A model generated the notes under the pieces. That model saw only the letters and a list, made by a program, of their open reading frames with translations. It ran no database searches and had not been told where the DNA came from. A stretch of DNA of 64,000 bases from Squalus acanthias. Its lineage: Eukaryota. This document shows, in pieces, positions 12,320 through 25,429 of the stretch. Numbering within the stretch: the first letter of the stretch is position 1; every line of letters starts with the position of its first letter. The DNA is taken from contig CM059436.1 in NCBI GenBank assembly GCA_030390025.1, positions 71,920,001 to 71,984,000 on the forward strand, read 5' to 3'. The translations under genes were made by a program, and so were the position numbers.

Positions 12320-12910
12320 ATATCAAGGCTTGAGGTGACAAAGGTTTAGATGAAGGTTTCCAGGGTTGTGGGATGAGGTGGAGGCCCAGACAGGCAATGT
12401 TCCAGAGGTGTAACTAGTCAGTGTTGGCAATGGATAGAGTGTGGGGTTTGAAGCTCAGCTTAGGCTCAAGGAGGATACTGAAGGCGTGCATTATTGGTTT
12501 CAGTCTGAGTGAGAAACCATAGAGTTAGCAACTGAGACGCAAAGTGTTTGATGGGAGGTGAATAAGATAGCTTCAATCTTACCAATGTTTAACTGGAAAA
12601 GGTAGTGCCTGAATCATGGCTTGATGTCAGATAGATAGTCAGACAGCACAGCAACAATCATGGTTGGTGGAGACATACAGCTGAGTGTAATCAGTGTACA
12701 AAGGAAGCTGACCTTATGTTTGCAGATGTCACTGAGGAGCAACATAAAGATCAGGAACAGGAAGAGGTCAGGCTGTAGTCTGGGGTCCTGTACAGCAGAG
12801 GGTGGACACCATGCAAGGAGGAAGCGATAAGTAAGGAGACATGACTGTGAAAGTATGGGAGGAGGAGCCACTGGGAAACATGTACTGACGCTGTTTAGGC
12901 TGAGATAGGA
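12320..12910 (-). mobile_element. Old L2-like RT fragment
   Basis: AVQDPRLQPDLFLFLIFMLLLSDI..VLSDYLSDIK resembles a decayed L2 RT core. Confidence 0.55.
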
Positions 12911-13004
12911 ATGGTAGCGGGAGAGGTAGACCATGGAAGAGAGGCAGTGGAGGAGGATGGAATGGGTGAGGGCTGCAATGGAACAAGTAAAGGTATGTAC
13001 ACAG

Positions 13005-13137
13005 GTGCACAAATGTACATGCACAGAGAAACTAACGCATGTACACAGACACAGAGACAAGCAACCACACATAAAATACATATGCACACATACATACATA
13101 CACACTCACAGACACAAATGCATACTGGTGCACACAT
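13005..13137. repeat. Degenerate (CA/TA)n low-complexity tract
   Basis: 'cacacatacatacatacacactcacagacac'. Confidence 0.7.
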
Positions 13138-14483
13138 TGATGTATGGAGAGATCTTGCATTCATGTAGTGCCTGTTACGACTTCAGGACGTCCCAAAGCA
13201 CTTTACAGCCAATGAAGTACTTTCAAAGTGTAGTCACTGTTGTAATGTAAGGAAACAGAAATGATCAATGTGCTACACATCCTGAGGGAGTTCAAATAGT
13301 TAAAACAGTCCATTGCTGGTCGTGGTAAGATTTAATTCTGAAATCTAAAGATTATAGCGATGGAAGTTTCTGGTCATGCTGTTAAGCAATTTCAAGTCGG
13401 GCGAGTCTATTTGTGAGAAACATCGGCAGAGCTACTACTCGCCACACAGTCCGACCGTGTGTTGTAATATTCTCACCATACAGCAAATGGGATGACCTTT
13501 AAAACAATACAAAAAGCTAGTTTCGAAGCACTTCACTAAAGGCTAGAAGGTGAAGGTTCTAACCTTATTTGCTATAAGTATATTATCAGTGAAACCTCAA
13601 GAGTGTGTGTAAAGGAGTTGTATTCAGCACACTGGCCCCAGCTGCTTGTAAAAAGCCGCAGGAAGTTATTACTTTCTCACCTTCTTGCATGGCCCATAGT
13701 TCAAGCCTGCTCTCCTTGTGTATTGCTGCTTAAATGAGGTTCAGAAAGCTGGGAGAGAATGACAAGTGTTTTGACCTGAACCAGAGCGAGAACCGAAGAC
13801 TTACAAGGCTTGTATTTTGGTTTTCCACAGACTAGGACATTTACTTGCAGATAATGTCAGTTAAGAAATATGTGATGGAAATGGATTTTTTTTAAATATA
13901 AATTTCCCTCTGCAGATATCCCTCCCCCACCCCCATCCTCAGAAAGGCACTCACCTTCCATGGACACCAGCTATCCACTGGTACCTCGGCATAAAATGCT
14001 TCACGTGAACCTCGTGGGCAAGGGGAAGCTATTTAACTGCATCATAGGTAAACCCAACCATATCCAAACCAGATGCCCGCACACATGGCAGCTAACAACA
14101 GGGGTTTCCAGATAGCAATCAGGAGCGAGAATGCTAGCAAAATTTCCTCTCCCTGGTTCAGGAGTGCTCCGCCAAGAGTAGGAGAGTTTTCTCCGGTGTC
14201 CTGGCCAATATTTATCCCTCAACCACCATCACTAAAACAGATTATATGGTCATTTTTATTTTATTGGTGTTTCTGGAACCTTGCTGTGTGCAAATTGGCT
14301 GCTGCATTTTCCTACGTTACAGCCTGGTCGAGTTCATCTGCTCCAGCACAGCCCATGGATCATCTTGGGACCTTCCACATCTGTATGGTTGACTTCCATA
14401 CCGGGCAGTGTACATGCCAGCCGCGCCATTGGGATTTGGGTCCATAGTTTTTTTTAAAATCATGCCTAGTTTGTTTTCAAGGT

Positions 14484-14932
14484 GTTAGTCTTGACTCAGT
14501 GGATAGCACTCTTGCCTCTAAGTCAGAAAGGTTGTGGGTTCAAGCCCCACTCCAAAGATTTGAGCACATAATCTCGACTAACACTTCAGTACAGTGCTGG
14601 CGCAGTGCTGCACTGTTGGAGGTGTCGTCTTTCAGATAAGACCTTCAACTGAGGCCCTATCACATGGACGTAAAAGATCCCATGACACTATTCAAAGAAG
14701 AACAGTGGAGTTCTCCCCAGTGTTCTAGCCAACATCTATCCCTCAACCACCATCACTAAAACAGATTATCTGGTAAATTATTTAATTGGTGTTTTAGGAG
14801 CTTGCTGTGTGCAAATTTGCTGCTGTATTTTGTTACGTTACAACAGTGACTACACTTCAAATGTACTTAATTGGCTGTGAAAGACTTTGGGATGTCCTGA
14901 GAATGTGAAAGGTGCTACATAAATGCAAGTTC
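14484..14932 (+). mobile_element. SacSINE1-like SINE, full-length and diverged
   Basis: Head GGTTCAAGCCC through tail 'aaaggtgctacataaatgcaag'. Confidence 0.85.
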
Positions 14933-15344
14933 CTTCAAGCTCATTTTAGTAACGACTTTTCCAGACTGCTCATTCACCCAAACAATTTAAATACATGGAT
15001 AATCTGGGCGCAAATGGAGCGCAAAATTGCGCTACTTTTCAGAATTGATTTTTTGTTCACGTTTCCACTCAAACTCATTTGCATATTGCCGAACATAAAA
15101 TCATCCATTAACCAGCGCTATCGGGCAGCGTTTTAGAATGTCATTTTTTTGCTTTAAAAAATATTCCTTGAGGTAGAGTGGTAACCTGGTGCAGTTTTAT
15201 TAATACAGCTGAAAATGGGTTTATCACAAAAATAAGTATTTTTAATCAGTATCTAGTCCACCATCTGTGAATAACCTGATTTAAAATAACTGAAAATGAC
15301 TTTAAAAAACTATACAGAACCATTTACTAGTTACATTTTTTTAA

Positions 15345-17928
15345 ATTAATTCTAGCAAGGCCAGCATTTATTGCCCATTCCTAATTGCTCTTGAGAAGGT
15401 GGTGGTGAGCTGCCTTCTTGAACTGCTGCAGTCCGCGTGGTGAAGGTGCTCCCACATCGCTGTTAGGGAGGGAGTTCCAGGATTTTGACCCAGCGACGAT
15501 GAAGGATCGGCGATATATTTCCAAGTCAAGATGGTGTGGGACTTGGAGGGGAACTTGGAGGTGATGGTGGTCCCATGTGCCTGCTGCCCTTGTCCTTCTA
15601 GGTGGAAGAGGTTGCGGGTTTGGGAGGTGCTGTCGAAGAAGCCTTGGCAAGTTGCTGCACTGCATCTTGTAGATGGTACACACTGCAGCCACGGTACGCT
15701 GGTGGTGGAGGGAGTGAATGTTTAAGGTGATGGATGGAGTACCAAACAAGCGAGTTGCTTTGTCCTAGATGGTGTCGAGCTTCTTGAGTGTTGTTGGAGC
15801 TATACTCATCCAGGCAAGTGGAGAATATTCTATCACACTCCTGACTTGTGCCTTGTAGATGGTGGAAAGATTTTGGAGAGTCAGGAGGTGAGTCACTCGC
15901 TCCAGAATACGCAACCTCTGACCCGCTCTTGTAGCCACAATATTTATGTGGCTGGTCCAGTTAAATTTCTGATCAATGGTGACCCCCAGGATGTTGATGG
16001 TGGGGGATTTGGAGATAATAATCCCGTTGAATGTCAAGGGGCGGTGGTTAGACTCTCGCTTGTTGGAGATAGTCATTGCCTGACACTTGTGTGGCGCGAA
16101 TGTTACTTGCCACTTATGAGCCCAAGCCTGAATGTTGTTCAGGTCTCGTTGCATGCGGGCATGGACTGCTTCATTATCTGAGGAGTTCGAATGGCACTGA
16201 ATACTGTGCAGTCATCAGCGAACATCCCCACTTCTGGCCTTATGATGGAGGGAAGGTCATTGATGAAGCAGCTGAAGATGGTTGGGCCTAGGACACTGCC
16301 CTGAGGAACTCCTGCAGTGATGTCCTGGGGCTGTGATTATTGACCTCCAGCCACCACAACCATCTTCCTTTGTGCTAGGTATGACTCCAGGCAGTGGAGC
16401 GTTTTCCCCCCGATTCCCATTGACTTCAGTTTTACTAGGACTCCTTGATGCCACACTCGGTCAAATGTTGCCTTGATGTCAAGGGCAGTCACTCTCACCT
16501 CACCTCTGGAATTCAGCTCTTTTGTCCATGTTTGGACCAAGGCTGTAATGAGGCCTGGAGCCAAGTGGTCCTGGCGGAACCCAAACTGAGCATCGGTGAG
16601 CACGTTATTGGTGAGTAAGTGCTGCTTGATAGCACGTCGACGACACCTTCTATCACTCTGCTGATGATTGAGAGTTTATTGATGGGGCGGTAATTGGCCA
16701 GATTAGATTTCTCCTGCTTTTTGTGGACAATTGTCAGGTAGATGCCAGTGTTGTAGCTGTACTAGTACAGCTTGGCCAGAGGTATGGATAGTTCTGGAGC
16801 ACAAGCCTTCAGCATGACAGCCGGGATGTTGTTGGGGCCCATAGCCTTTGCCGTATCCAGTGCGCTCAGCTGTTTCTTGATATCACATTGAGTGAATCGA
16901 ATTGACTGAAGGCTGGCTTCTGTGATGGTGGGGACCTCAGGAGGAGGCCGAGATGGATCATCCACTCAGCACTTCTGGTTGAAGATGGTTGCGAACGCTT
17001 CAGCCTTGTCTTTTGCACTCACGTGCTGGGTTCCACCATCATTGAGGATGGGGATATTCATGGAGCCTCCTCTTCCCATTAGTTGTCCACCACTGTTCAT
17101 GACTGGATGTGGCAGGACTGCAGAGCTTTAATCTGATCCGTTGGTTGTGGGATCACTTAGCTCTGTCTATAGCATGCTGTTTCTGCTGTTTACATGTAGG
17201 TAGTCCTGTGTTGTAGCTTCACCAGGCTGGCACTTAATTTTTAGGTACGCCTGGTGCTGCTCCTGGCATGCTCTTCTACACTCCTCATTGAACCAGGGTT
17301 GGTCCCCTGATGTGATGGTAATTGTAGAGTGAGGGATATGCCGGGTTACAGATTGTGTTGGAATACATTTCTGCTGCTGCTGATGGCCCATAGCGCCTCA
17401 TAGATGCCCAGGTTTGAGCTGCTAGATCTGTTCTGAATCTATCCTATTTAGCATGGTGGTAGGCCACACAACACGATGGAGGGTGTCCTCTGTGTGAAAA
17501 CAGGACTTAATCTCTACAAGGACTGTGCGATGGTCACTCCTACCAATACTGTCATGGACAGATGCATCTGCGACAGGTAGATTGGTGAGGACGAGGTCAA
17601 GTAGGTTTTTCCCTTGTGTTAGTTTTCTCACCAACTGCCGCAGGCCCAGTCTGACAGCCATGTCCTTCAGGATTCGGCCAGCTCGGTCAGTAGTGGTGCT
17701 TCTGAATCACTCTTGGTGATGGACATCAAAGTCCCCTTTGCTACCCTCAGTGTTTCTTTCAAGTGGTGTTCAACATGGAGGAGTACTGGTTCAGCAGCTG
17801 AGGGAGGGCAGTAGGCGGTAATCAGCAGGAGGTTTCCTTGCCCATATTTGTCTGGAGTCAATGTTGAGGACTCCCAAGGCACTTCCTCCCGACTGTATAC
17901 CACTGTGCTGCCACCTCTGGTGGGTCTC
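15345..17928 (-). mobile_element. CR1-group LINE, second family: endonuclease plus RT pseudogene
   Basis: RPTRGGSTVVY, LDLVLTN..GRSDH (APE endonuclease), [37 protein letters not shown]; many frameshifts. Confidence 0.9.
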
Positions 17929-18083
17929 CATTATTGATACTAGCTTTTTATTGCAGATTTATTTAATTAACTGAATTTAAATTCCCCAGCTGCTGTGGTG
18001 GGATTTGAACTCATGTCTCTGGATCATTAGTCCAGACCTCTGGATTACTGGTCCAGTAACATACCCACTTTGCTACTGTACCC
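17929..18083 (-). mobile_element. tRNA-like Pol III head abutting the LINE 5' end
   Basis: A box TAGCAAAGTGG and B box AGTTCAAATCC on the minus strand; older relative at about 41945-42140 (+). Confidence 0.65.
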
Positions 18084-20779
18084 TATAGATTAACTGGCCA
18101 TTACCTCATTGCTGTTTGTGGGACGTTACTTGTACGCAAATTGGCTGCCGTGTTTGCCTACATAACAACAGTGACTACATTTCAATAGTGATTGATTGGC
18201 TATGAAATCCTAAGAATGTGAAAGGCAATTTCTTCACCACTATGCTACCGTACTCGGTGTACAGTGTACATTGGTTTACAGTAGTCAGTTTCTTACCAAA
18301 TTAAATATTTTTTAATATTTAAAAGCTTTTAAAAGGTGCCTAATAGTGTACGTGCACCTAAAAAAAAAGCTTAACTTTAAGAGGCTCTTCGAAGTCCCAC
18401 AAACAAACGCAATTAGCGGAAACTCGTCATGGTGATTAATTCGCTCTGGGGGCGTGGCAAGTTTTGTGGGTGGGGCTGGCTTCCAGCGTGATGTTTTTTT
18501 AAACTAACGCAAAAGATCACGGATACTCGATTTACGCTGAACGTAACTCGCGCTTGAAATTCTGCAATCTTTTGCGCTGGTTTGGATGATTTTGGTCGAA
18601 TAGTGGAAACTCTACCCCAATATGAATTGCTGGGCTATAAAGAGTAGCTGAGGAACCTGTTCTCACTGTGAAAATAATTCAACATTTCAAAGGGTATGGG
18701 AAAAAGGGCATGGGGATGAGACTAAGTGGATAACACTCGCAGAGGGCTGGCACAGACACAATGTGGTAAATGACCTCCTTCGGTGCTGTGCCATACCATT
18801 CTATGAAGCAATTTCTAAAGTCCTGCAGGGATTCAGTGGGGTGAATGTGGAGACGTTCTGTGTGTTGAACCAGGAAAGAATTAGAGAACAGGATTGTAAA
18901 CTGGTTAAACAGTGAGGTGAATGTTACTTAAAGAGTAACAACGCTTAAGAGTCTTTAAACTTAAGAAACATACTGCCACCTAGAGCAATGATTGTGGACT
19001 TGGTTAAAGAAACAACATGGACAGGTTTCTTATTCACTTAGAATGAAAGGGATAGAGATTCGGCACCAATGTGAGTGATAGATGAGAAAGGTGTGTATGG
19101 GTCCTGAACTTAGACCTAACTCCACAAGTATACTGTCGGCCTTGCGTTGGAATGATAGTTTCTACTGCATCACTTTGATACAAGACCTGTGTTAACACGA
19201 CCCTTTGAGACTGGGATCTAATCAGGTTATTAGTTAGGCAGCTTCTATATACGTGCTAGTACCTGAGTAACCTGAGCGTTTGCAACCATCTTCAGCGGGA
19301 TGATCCATCTTGCCCTACTCCTGAGGTCCCCACCATCACAGAAGCCAATCTTCAGCCAATTTGATTCACTCCACGTGATATCAAGAAAGGGCTGAGCGCG
19401 CTGGATACAGCAAAGGCTATGGGCCCCGACAACATCCCGGCTGCAGTGCTGAAGACTTGTGCTCCCGAAGCTGATAGCATCACCGTTATTGTTACTGCAA
19501 AATCCGGGTGGCTGCAGGGGTCCTCTGAAGAAACCTGAGTGGGCTGGCCCGATGCCAGTGCAGATTTGGCGCAGGCTGTCCCACTGCTAAATTGGATCGC
19601 TTTATTTTATGCCCGAAAAACAGCGCAACGCAAACCAATTTCTACTCCTTTCAGTTTAAGAAGGTTAGTAAAACCCATCTAATGAATGTAAGTATATTCC
19701 TCCCTTAACCCAAAGTATGAATGCTTTATGAGCTGAACAGTAAGATTATAACGTGTACCATGCCCAGATTTAACCTGCTCTGCAGTTTTGAGTCGGAATA
19801 TGTTCAGTGTTCACTGAATTTGCGTTACAATGTGAGGTGTAATAAATAAACACCCAGAAATGATATATTATACAGTAAAGAGCTTGTTCAAAACCACTCA
19901 AATTCATTGTAGGTCAGAATTCATCACTTTTGTTTGATTCTAGATTAAAATTCATATTTAAAAGGTGCTTTGTTCTGAATTTCAATTTCTGGATGTCTAT
20001 CAATGTGATGGACAGGCGCTGGCTTGTCAAACTTAAATCCCAATGATGCAGAACTGTTTTTTCAGAGGTGAAAGCAAGACTGGAATTTCAGGCTGCTGCA
20101 GAAAAGAGGCAGGACAGCAGAGTATTATGTAGTGTAACATTTTCTACCTCAAGCAATGTGTTACTGCCAGTCGACCTGTGTCACAAACAGTCCTTGCAGA
20201 AAGAATGCTTGTATTCTCCGATCTCTCCGGGATGGGCTTGATCCTATTAGGCCTCCATCTGCCTGTTTTATTGCTAGAGATTCCACTCATAGGAAGTTGC
20301 ACAATTGGGAGAAGTCGGTTTTTAAAATCAATGGTTCGCGTGAAAATTAATTTGAAGCCGTTATCAGTTACAAATCAAACGTCAGCAAGATTTGTCAAAA
20401 AGAAATGTTTTTGTTACTGTTTTTGTGTCACCCACCCAATTTTCATTTTCTTTCATTTCTTTGTAAGTTTCCCTGGACACGAGGCAGATTCGGGTCCTCT
20501 GCATCCAAGTTCTCTCTGTCTGCGCTACTATTTGATCTGATTTTCAGGGGCTGCACGAATACAGGTCGGTTGAAAAGAAGTTCTGGACTTATTAAAAAAA
20601 AATTCTCTTGTTTGTTTATATATCCATTTAAGAGAATTGAGAAGCTTTAGTTTAAACAAACACAGGGGCTGTTAATTCAGTCAATGGAATTCAGTCAACT
20701 CCGCACATGCGCAGTTAAACGTGGAAATCCGGAATTTGCGGTCTGAGTTACCCTACTCCTCCACAAGCTTCGCTAAACC

Positions 20780-21188
20780 ACTTTAAACATTCACTTCCTC
20801 CACCACTGGCATGCCGTGGCTGCAGTGTGTACCATCTACAAGATGCACTGCAATAACTCGCCAAGGCTTCTTCAACAGCACCTCCCAAACCAGTGACCTC
20901 TACCATCTAGAAGGACAAGGGCAGCAGGTGCATGGGAACACCACCACCTCCAGGTTCCCCTCCAAGTCACACACCATCCTGACTTGGAAATATATTGCCG
21001 TTCCCTCATCGTCGCTGGGTCAAAATCCTGGAACTCCCTCCCTAACAGCACTGTGGAGCTACTTCACCACACGGATTGCAGCAGTTCAAGAAGGCAGCTC
21101 ACCACCACCTTCTCAAGGGCAATTAGGGATGGGCAATAAATGCTGGCCTAGCCAGCAACGTCCACATCCTGTGAATGAATTAAAAAAA
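20780..21188 (+). mobile_element. CR1-group LINE (second family) 3' fragment
   Basis: Same sequence as the reverse complement of 15345-15730; ends 'gggcaataaatgctggcc...gaatgaatt(a)n'. Confidence 0.85.
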
Positions 21189-21863
21189 AGTCGCCGCTCC
21201 TCAACTCTCCCGTTGCCTGATGTTATGCATATATATGTTAAAAAGGTGACTGTTCACCCTGTGCTCTGTAATCCGGTGCTCCAAGACCGGCTCTGTAATC
21301 AGAGCCCATGTCTAACTGCTGCAGCCTGGCAATTCGCATCGTGACACAGACGGAATGGAATCAGTGCTGGGGAGTACACACAAAATAAATCTGTCAACGA
21401 TAAAATACTGACCTGCCCAGTGGCTCAGTGTATTGATATACCAGTTAATGGCACATAGGTGCTGTCTCAGAATCTCGAACATAATGAGGTCTCAGCCACA
21501 GTGTCTGGAGGGGACAGCAAAGCATCAACCTGGCTATAAAGGTGATGATGCAAGTAAGGCTTACAGAATAGAGTGTGCTCAAACCAAACTGGGGCCAGCA
21601 ATAGAAATAAATATTAATATGAGTAATATCTTCATAATAACATTTCTTGTAACTGTGACACACTTTGAGCCTGTCATCTATAGCATGAGGATTGAGGTGT
21701 TGGTCATTTATTTCTTTTCTCATTGTATAAATGTGTTTATCTCCATTCTAATTTTAATTTCCTGCCCTTTCCACTTAAGTTATACTTTTATTATGTTGCT
21801 AAAAAAAAACCTTTCTCCCTAATTTAAATTTTTCCTCCAATTACATTCCACCAAAAACGCTAT

Positions 21864-22016
21864 GGTTGAGAAATTACTCAGTGTTTCGCCCGCTCCACAG
21901 GTGTTAATTCGCTGGCAGTGTGCTGAGAACTCCGATTATGTACGTACGGGATTTTCGACGCACTTCCAGCGGAATAACGGCAGTGGAATGGGAGCAGCTC
22001 TAAGGAATTTCCCCAG
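21864..22016. mobile_element. Short palindromic MITE
   Basis: Ends GGTTGAGAAATTACTCAG / TGGGGAAATTCCTTAG (rc); centre TACGTA. Confidence 0.5.
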
Positions 22017-22049
22017 TCTATGTGAACTTCCTCACTTCCAGCCTATAAT

Positions 22050-22830
22050 TTTTTTTATTTGTTTATGGAATGTGGGCGTCGCTGGCAAGGCCAGCATTTA
22101 TTGCCCATCTCTAATTGCCCTCGAGAAGGTGGTGGTGAGCCGCCTTGAACCGCTGCAGTCTGTGTGGTGAAGGTTCTCCCACAGTGCTGTTAGGGAGGGA
22201 GTTCCAGCATTTTGAACCAGCGACAATGAAGGATCGGCGATATACTTCCAAGTCAGGATGGCGTGTGACTTGGAGGGGAACTTGGAGGTGGTGGTGTTCC
22301 CATGTGCCTGCTGCCCTTGTCCTTCTAGGTGGAAGAGGTCGCGGGTTTGGGAGGTGCTGCCGAAGAAACCTTGGCGAGTTGCTGCAGTGCATCTTGTAGA
22401 TGGTACACACTGCAGACACGGTACGCCGGTGGCGAAGGGAGTGAATGTTTAAGGTGGTGGATGGGGTGCCAATCAAGCAGGGCTGCTTTGTCCTGGATGG
22501 TGTCGAGCTTCTTGAGTGTTGTTGGAGCTGCACTCATCCAGGCAAGTGGAGAGTATTCCATCACACTCCTTACTTGTGCCTTGTAGATGGTGGAAAGGCT
22601 TTGGGGAGTCAGGAGGTGAGACAATCGCCGCAGAATACCTAGCCTCTGACCTGCTCTTGTTGCCACAGTATTTATGTGGCTGGTCCAGTTAAGTTTCTGG
22701 TCAATGGTGACCCCCAGGATGTTGATGGTGGGGGATTCGGCGATAGTAATGCCGTTGAATGTCAAGGGGAGGTGGTTAGACTCTCGCTTGTTGGAGATAG
22801 TCATTGCCTTGTACTTCTGTGGCGTGAATT
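22050..22830 (-). mobile_element. CR1-group LINE (second family) 3' fragment
   Basis: ORF 22325-22840 ILGVTIDQKLNWTSHI..IYKAQVRSVMEY. Confidence 0.9.
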
Positions 22831-22884
22831 GCCCAATCACATTCTAGCAGAATAATTATCCAAGATACAGCTGCCATGGTATGT

Positions 22885-23100
22885 TTTCAGCTGCCTAGGC
22901 GCTAAGTTCTGGAATTCCCTCCCTAAACCTCTTTGCCTCTCTACCTCTCTTTCCTCCTTTAAGACACACCTTAAAACTTACCTCTTTGACCAAGTTTTTG
23001 GCCACCTGTCCTAATATCTCCTTGGTGTCAAATTTTGAAGCACCATGGGACATTTTACTGGGTTAAAGGCACTATATAAATGCAAGTTGTTGTTATTATT
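22885..23100 (+). mobile_element. L2-like 3' fragment
   Basis: Matches 6390-6635. Confidence 0.75.
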
Positions 23101-24207
23101 ATGATACTAACTAATGAACATTCATTAGAGCCTACAGTTCCCAGGAGGCAGTGCATATCTGGTGCTCCAACATTTATACAAAGGGTCTTCTTTCCTTATA
23201 TCATATCACTGAGGCAACCAATGGTCAGGAAGGTTGGGTCTTTTCTTACCAACATTGAAATGTGACCATTATCTGCTGTTGTGATTGTTTCAAAACTGTT
23301 TTAATGTACATTAATAAATGAATGGGAATGATATATTGGTACTTTATTTATGAGTACAAGGTAGATATTCTATATACTTCTAATGGAGTTGATACCCACT
23401 GTATTAGCTTGGGTCCGGGAGAAGCTTGCTTTTTGTAATCTCACGGATGAACAATGTAGATCCTAAGTTATTTGTGTGCATTATTTTTGATGGCACAAGT
23501 TCTGGTGTTTGCCATGTTGTGCCAATCCCACGACATCCATAATTACCGTTTTTCAGTGGAAACTGATTAGTCTTTACTGTACAACTTTGAGCATATTTTT
23601 TCTTGTTTCAGGGATTATTTTGTTGTATCTTAATCTTAAGGAAACTGGGATTCATCATACCCAACTTCAGCTGCCTAGAACCACAAGATACCAGATGAAA
23701 TGAAGTGCTGCCTGACAACACAATGAGGGACCGTGATCAGGGAACGACATAGCACCAATTACTTAGCGATGCTGGGAGAGCAGTACACTATATCCCACGT
23801 CGGCTGAGCTGATGTGCTCTCTACACATTTTGTGGTTCACCATGTGCTGCCCAAATACATGCAGGCCACTGTGGAGGAGCGATGACTTAGGTAGTGACCG
23901 GATGAATGGAATGGGCTGTTGACAGCCAATGGGGTCATGAATTCTTTGGCGGAGGATTTTTATCCAGCTGTCTAAACCTTTAATCCCTGTGGCATCTCCA
24001 CTCGTGACCTCTTGCCAAGTCAATGTGGTTCCATTCACAACCTCTCTTTGCTTTTCTCTGGTTTAGCCAATTTTCAATCCACCTCGGAAGCTTGCCTTCC
24101 TTACCATGCTTTCCTACCTTGCAGACTGGTCACTTAGATGGCACAGTATCAAAAGCCTGGTTAAAATCTAAATATATCACATCTGTTGTCAACAAGGTCT
24201 GTCCTTT

Positions 24208-24550
24208 CAACAACAACAACAACTTGCATTTATATAGCACTTTTAACATAGTAAAATGTCCCAAGGCGCTTCACAAAAGCGACATCGAGCCACATAAGGA
24301 AATATTAGGACAGATGACCAAAAGCTTGGACAAAGAGGTAGGTTTTAAGGAGCGTCTTAAAGGAGGAGAGAGAGGTAGAGAGGCGGAGAGGTTTAGGAAG
24401 GGAATTCCAGAGCTTGGGGCCTTGGCAGCTGAAGGCACGGCCACCAATGGTGGAGCGATTAAAATAGGGGATGCGCAAGAGGTCAGAATTGGAGGAGGGC
24501 AGAGATCTCGGAGGGTTGTAGGGCTGGATGAGGTTACAGAGATAGGGAGG
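24208..24550 (-). mobile_element. L2-like 3' fragment
   Basis: ORF 24305-24676 PYLCNLIQPYNPPRSL..GGRAFSCQGPKLWNSLP. Confidence 0.85.
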
Positions 24551-25429
24551 AACCTTCAGGACACAAGGAGAGAAAACTAGAAGGAGGAAAAAAATAATAG
24601 ATGGAATAAATGAATGAGGACTCACTTTAAAATCATGTACATCTCTCATGGCCAGACCAGCAGACAGCCTCAACACAGATTATATTGATCTCTGAAAGAA
24701 TTTCCATTGACATGTTTGAATAAATATAAACATGCTGTCACCATGATAAAGCCAGTTACTGGAAAGGCATACGCAGTGTCCCTCCCCTCCCCTCCTGCGT
24801 CATGAACACTCATGCTTTTTATATACAAATGAATATCTAAATGGAACAACCTATTAAACAAGAACAGTGCAGAGAACAATTAGCCTGATTGGGAAGCTTG
24901 GCTATGGACTGATTCGAGCGACCAGAATACAGTACATGGAAAAAAGATAACTGCAAGCAGAACAACGCCTTCTGTGTCGCACTCCTCTAAAACAGACAAT
25001 AAAAATTAAGATAAGAGTGCCGTGGAAACACTAAACCATTAGCAGTTTGTTTGTGCTACTGTAAAATAACATTAACAGATGGCGAAGGTGAATTAGACTG
25101 ACATGTGTGCGATTTCTAGTGGGTTTTGGCAAGTGCCATGGTTCCATGCCCAAGCACAGAATCACAGAGGGACCCTATACACGTCTAAAATATGCACAAG
25201 GTACTTCTGTTTCTCCGTGTTATCATTTGCGAAGAGTGGCAGGTGTTGAGTCAGGGTGAGGTGACTGTACAGGCCAGGAGGCCGGTGGTAATGAAGAATG
25301 ATAGACACCCGAGACCACAGGGGGCGGTGGCATGGAGATGTCTGCAGTCAGAGCTGTGAAGTTAAAGGGAAATGGACTGCACGTTCTGATATAGGAATGC
25401 TCAGTTTACAAAGGACGTAATTTGCAGAA

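Noticed and set aside
12614-13250. Overlapping Cys/Val- and His/Thr-rich ORFs
   Set aside because: Translation of a (CA)n-type tract plus L2 debris
13477-13496. Minus-strand microexon-like GTCATCCCATTTGCTGTATG with good splice sites
   Set aside because: 20 nt and cannot be assigned; such matches arise by chance
20548-20564. Microexon-like tttcag|GGGCTGCACGAATACAG|gtcggt
   Set aside because: 17 nt is not frame-preserving and there is no supporting gene context
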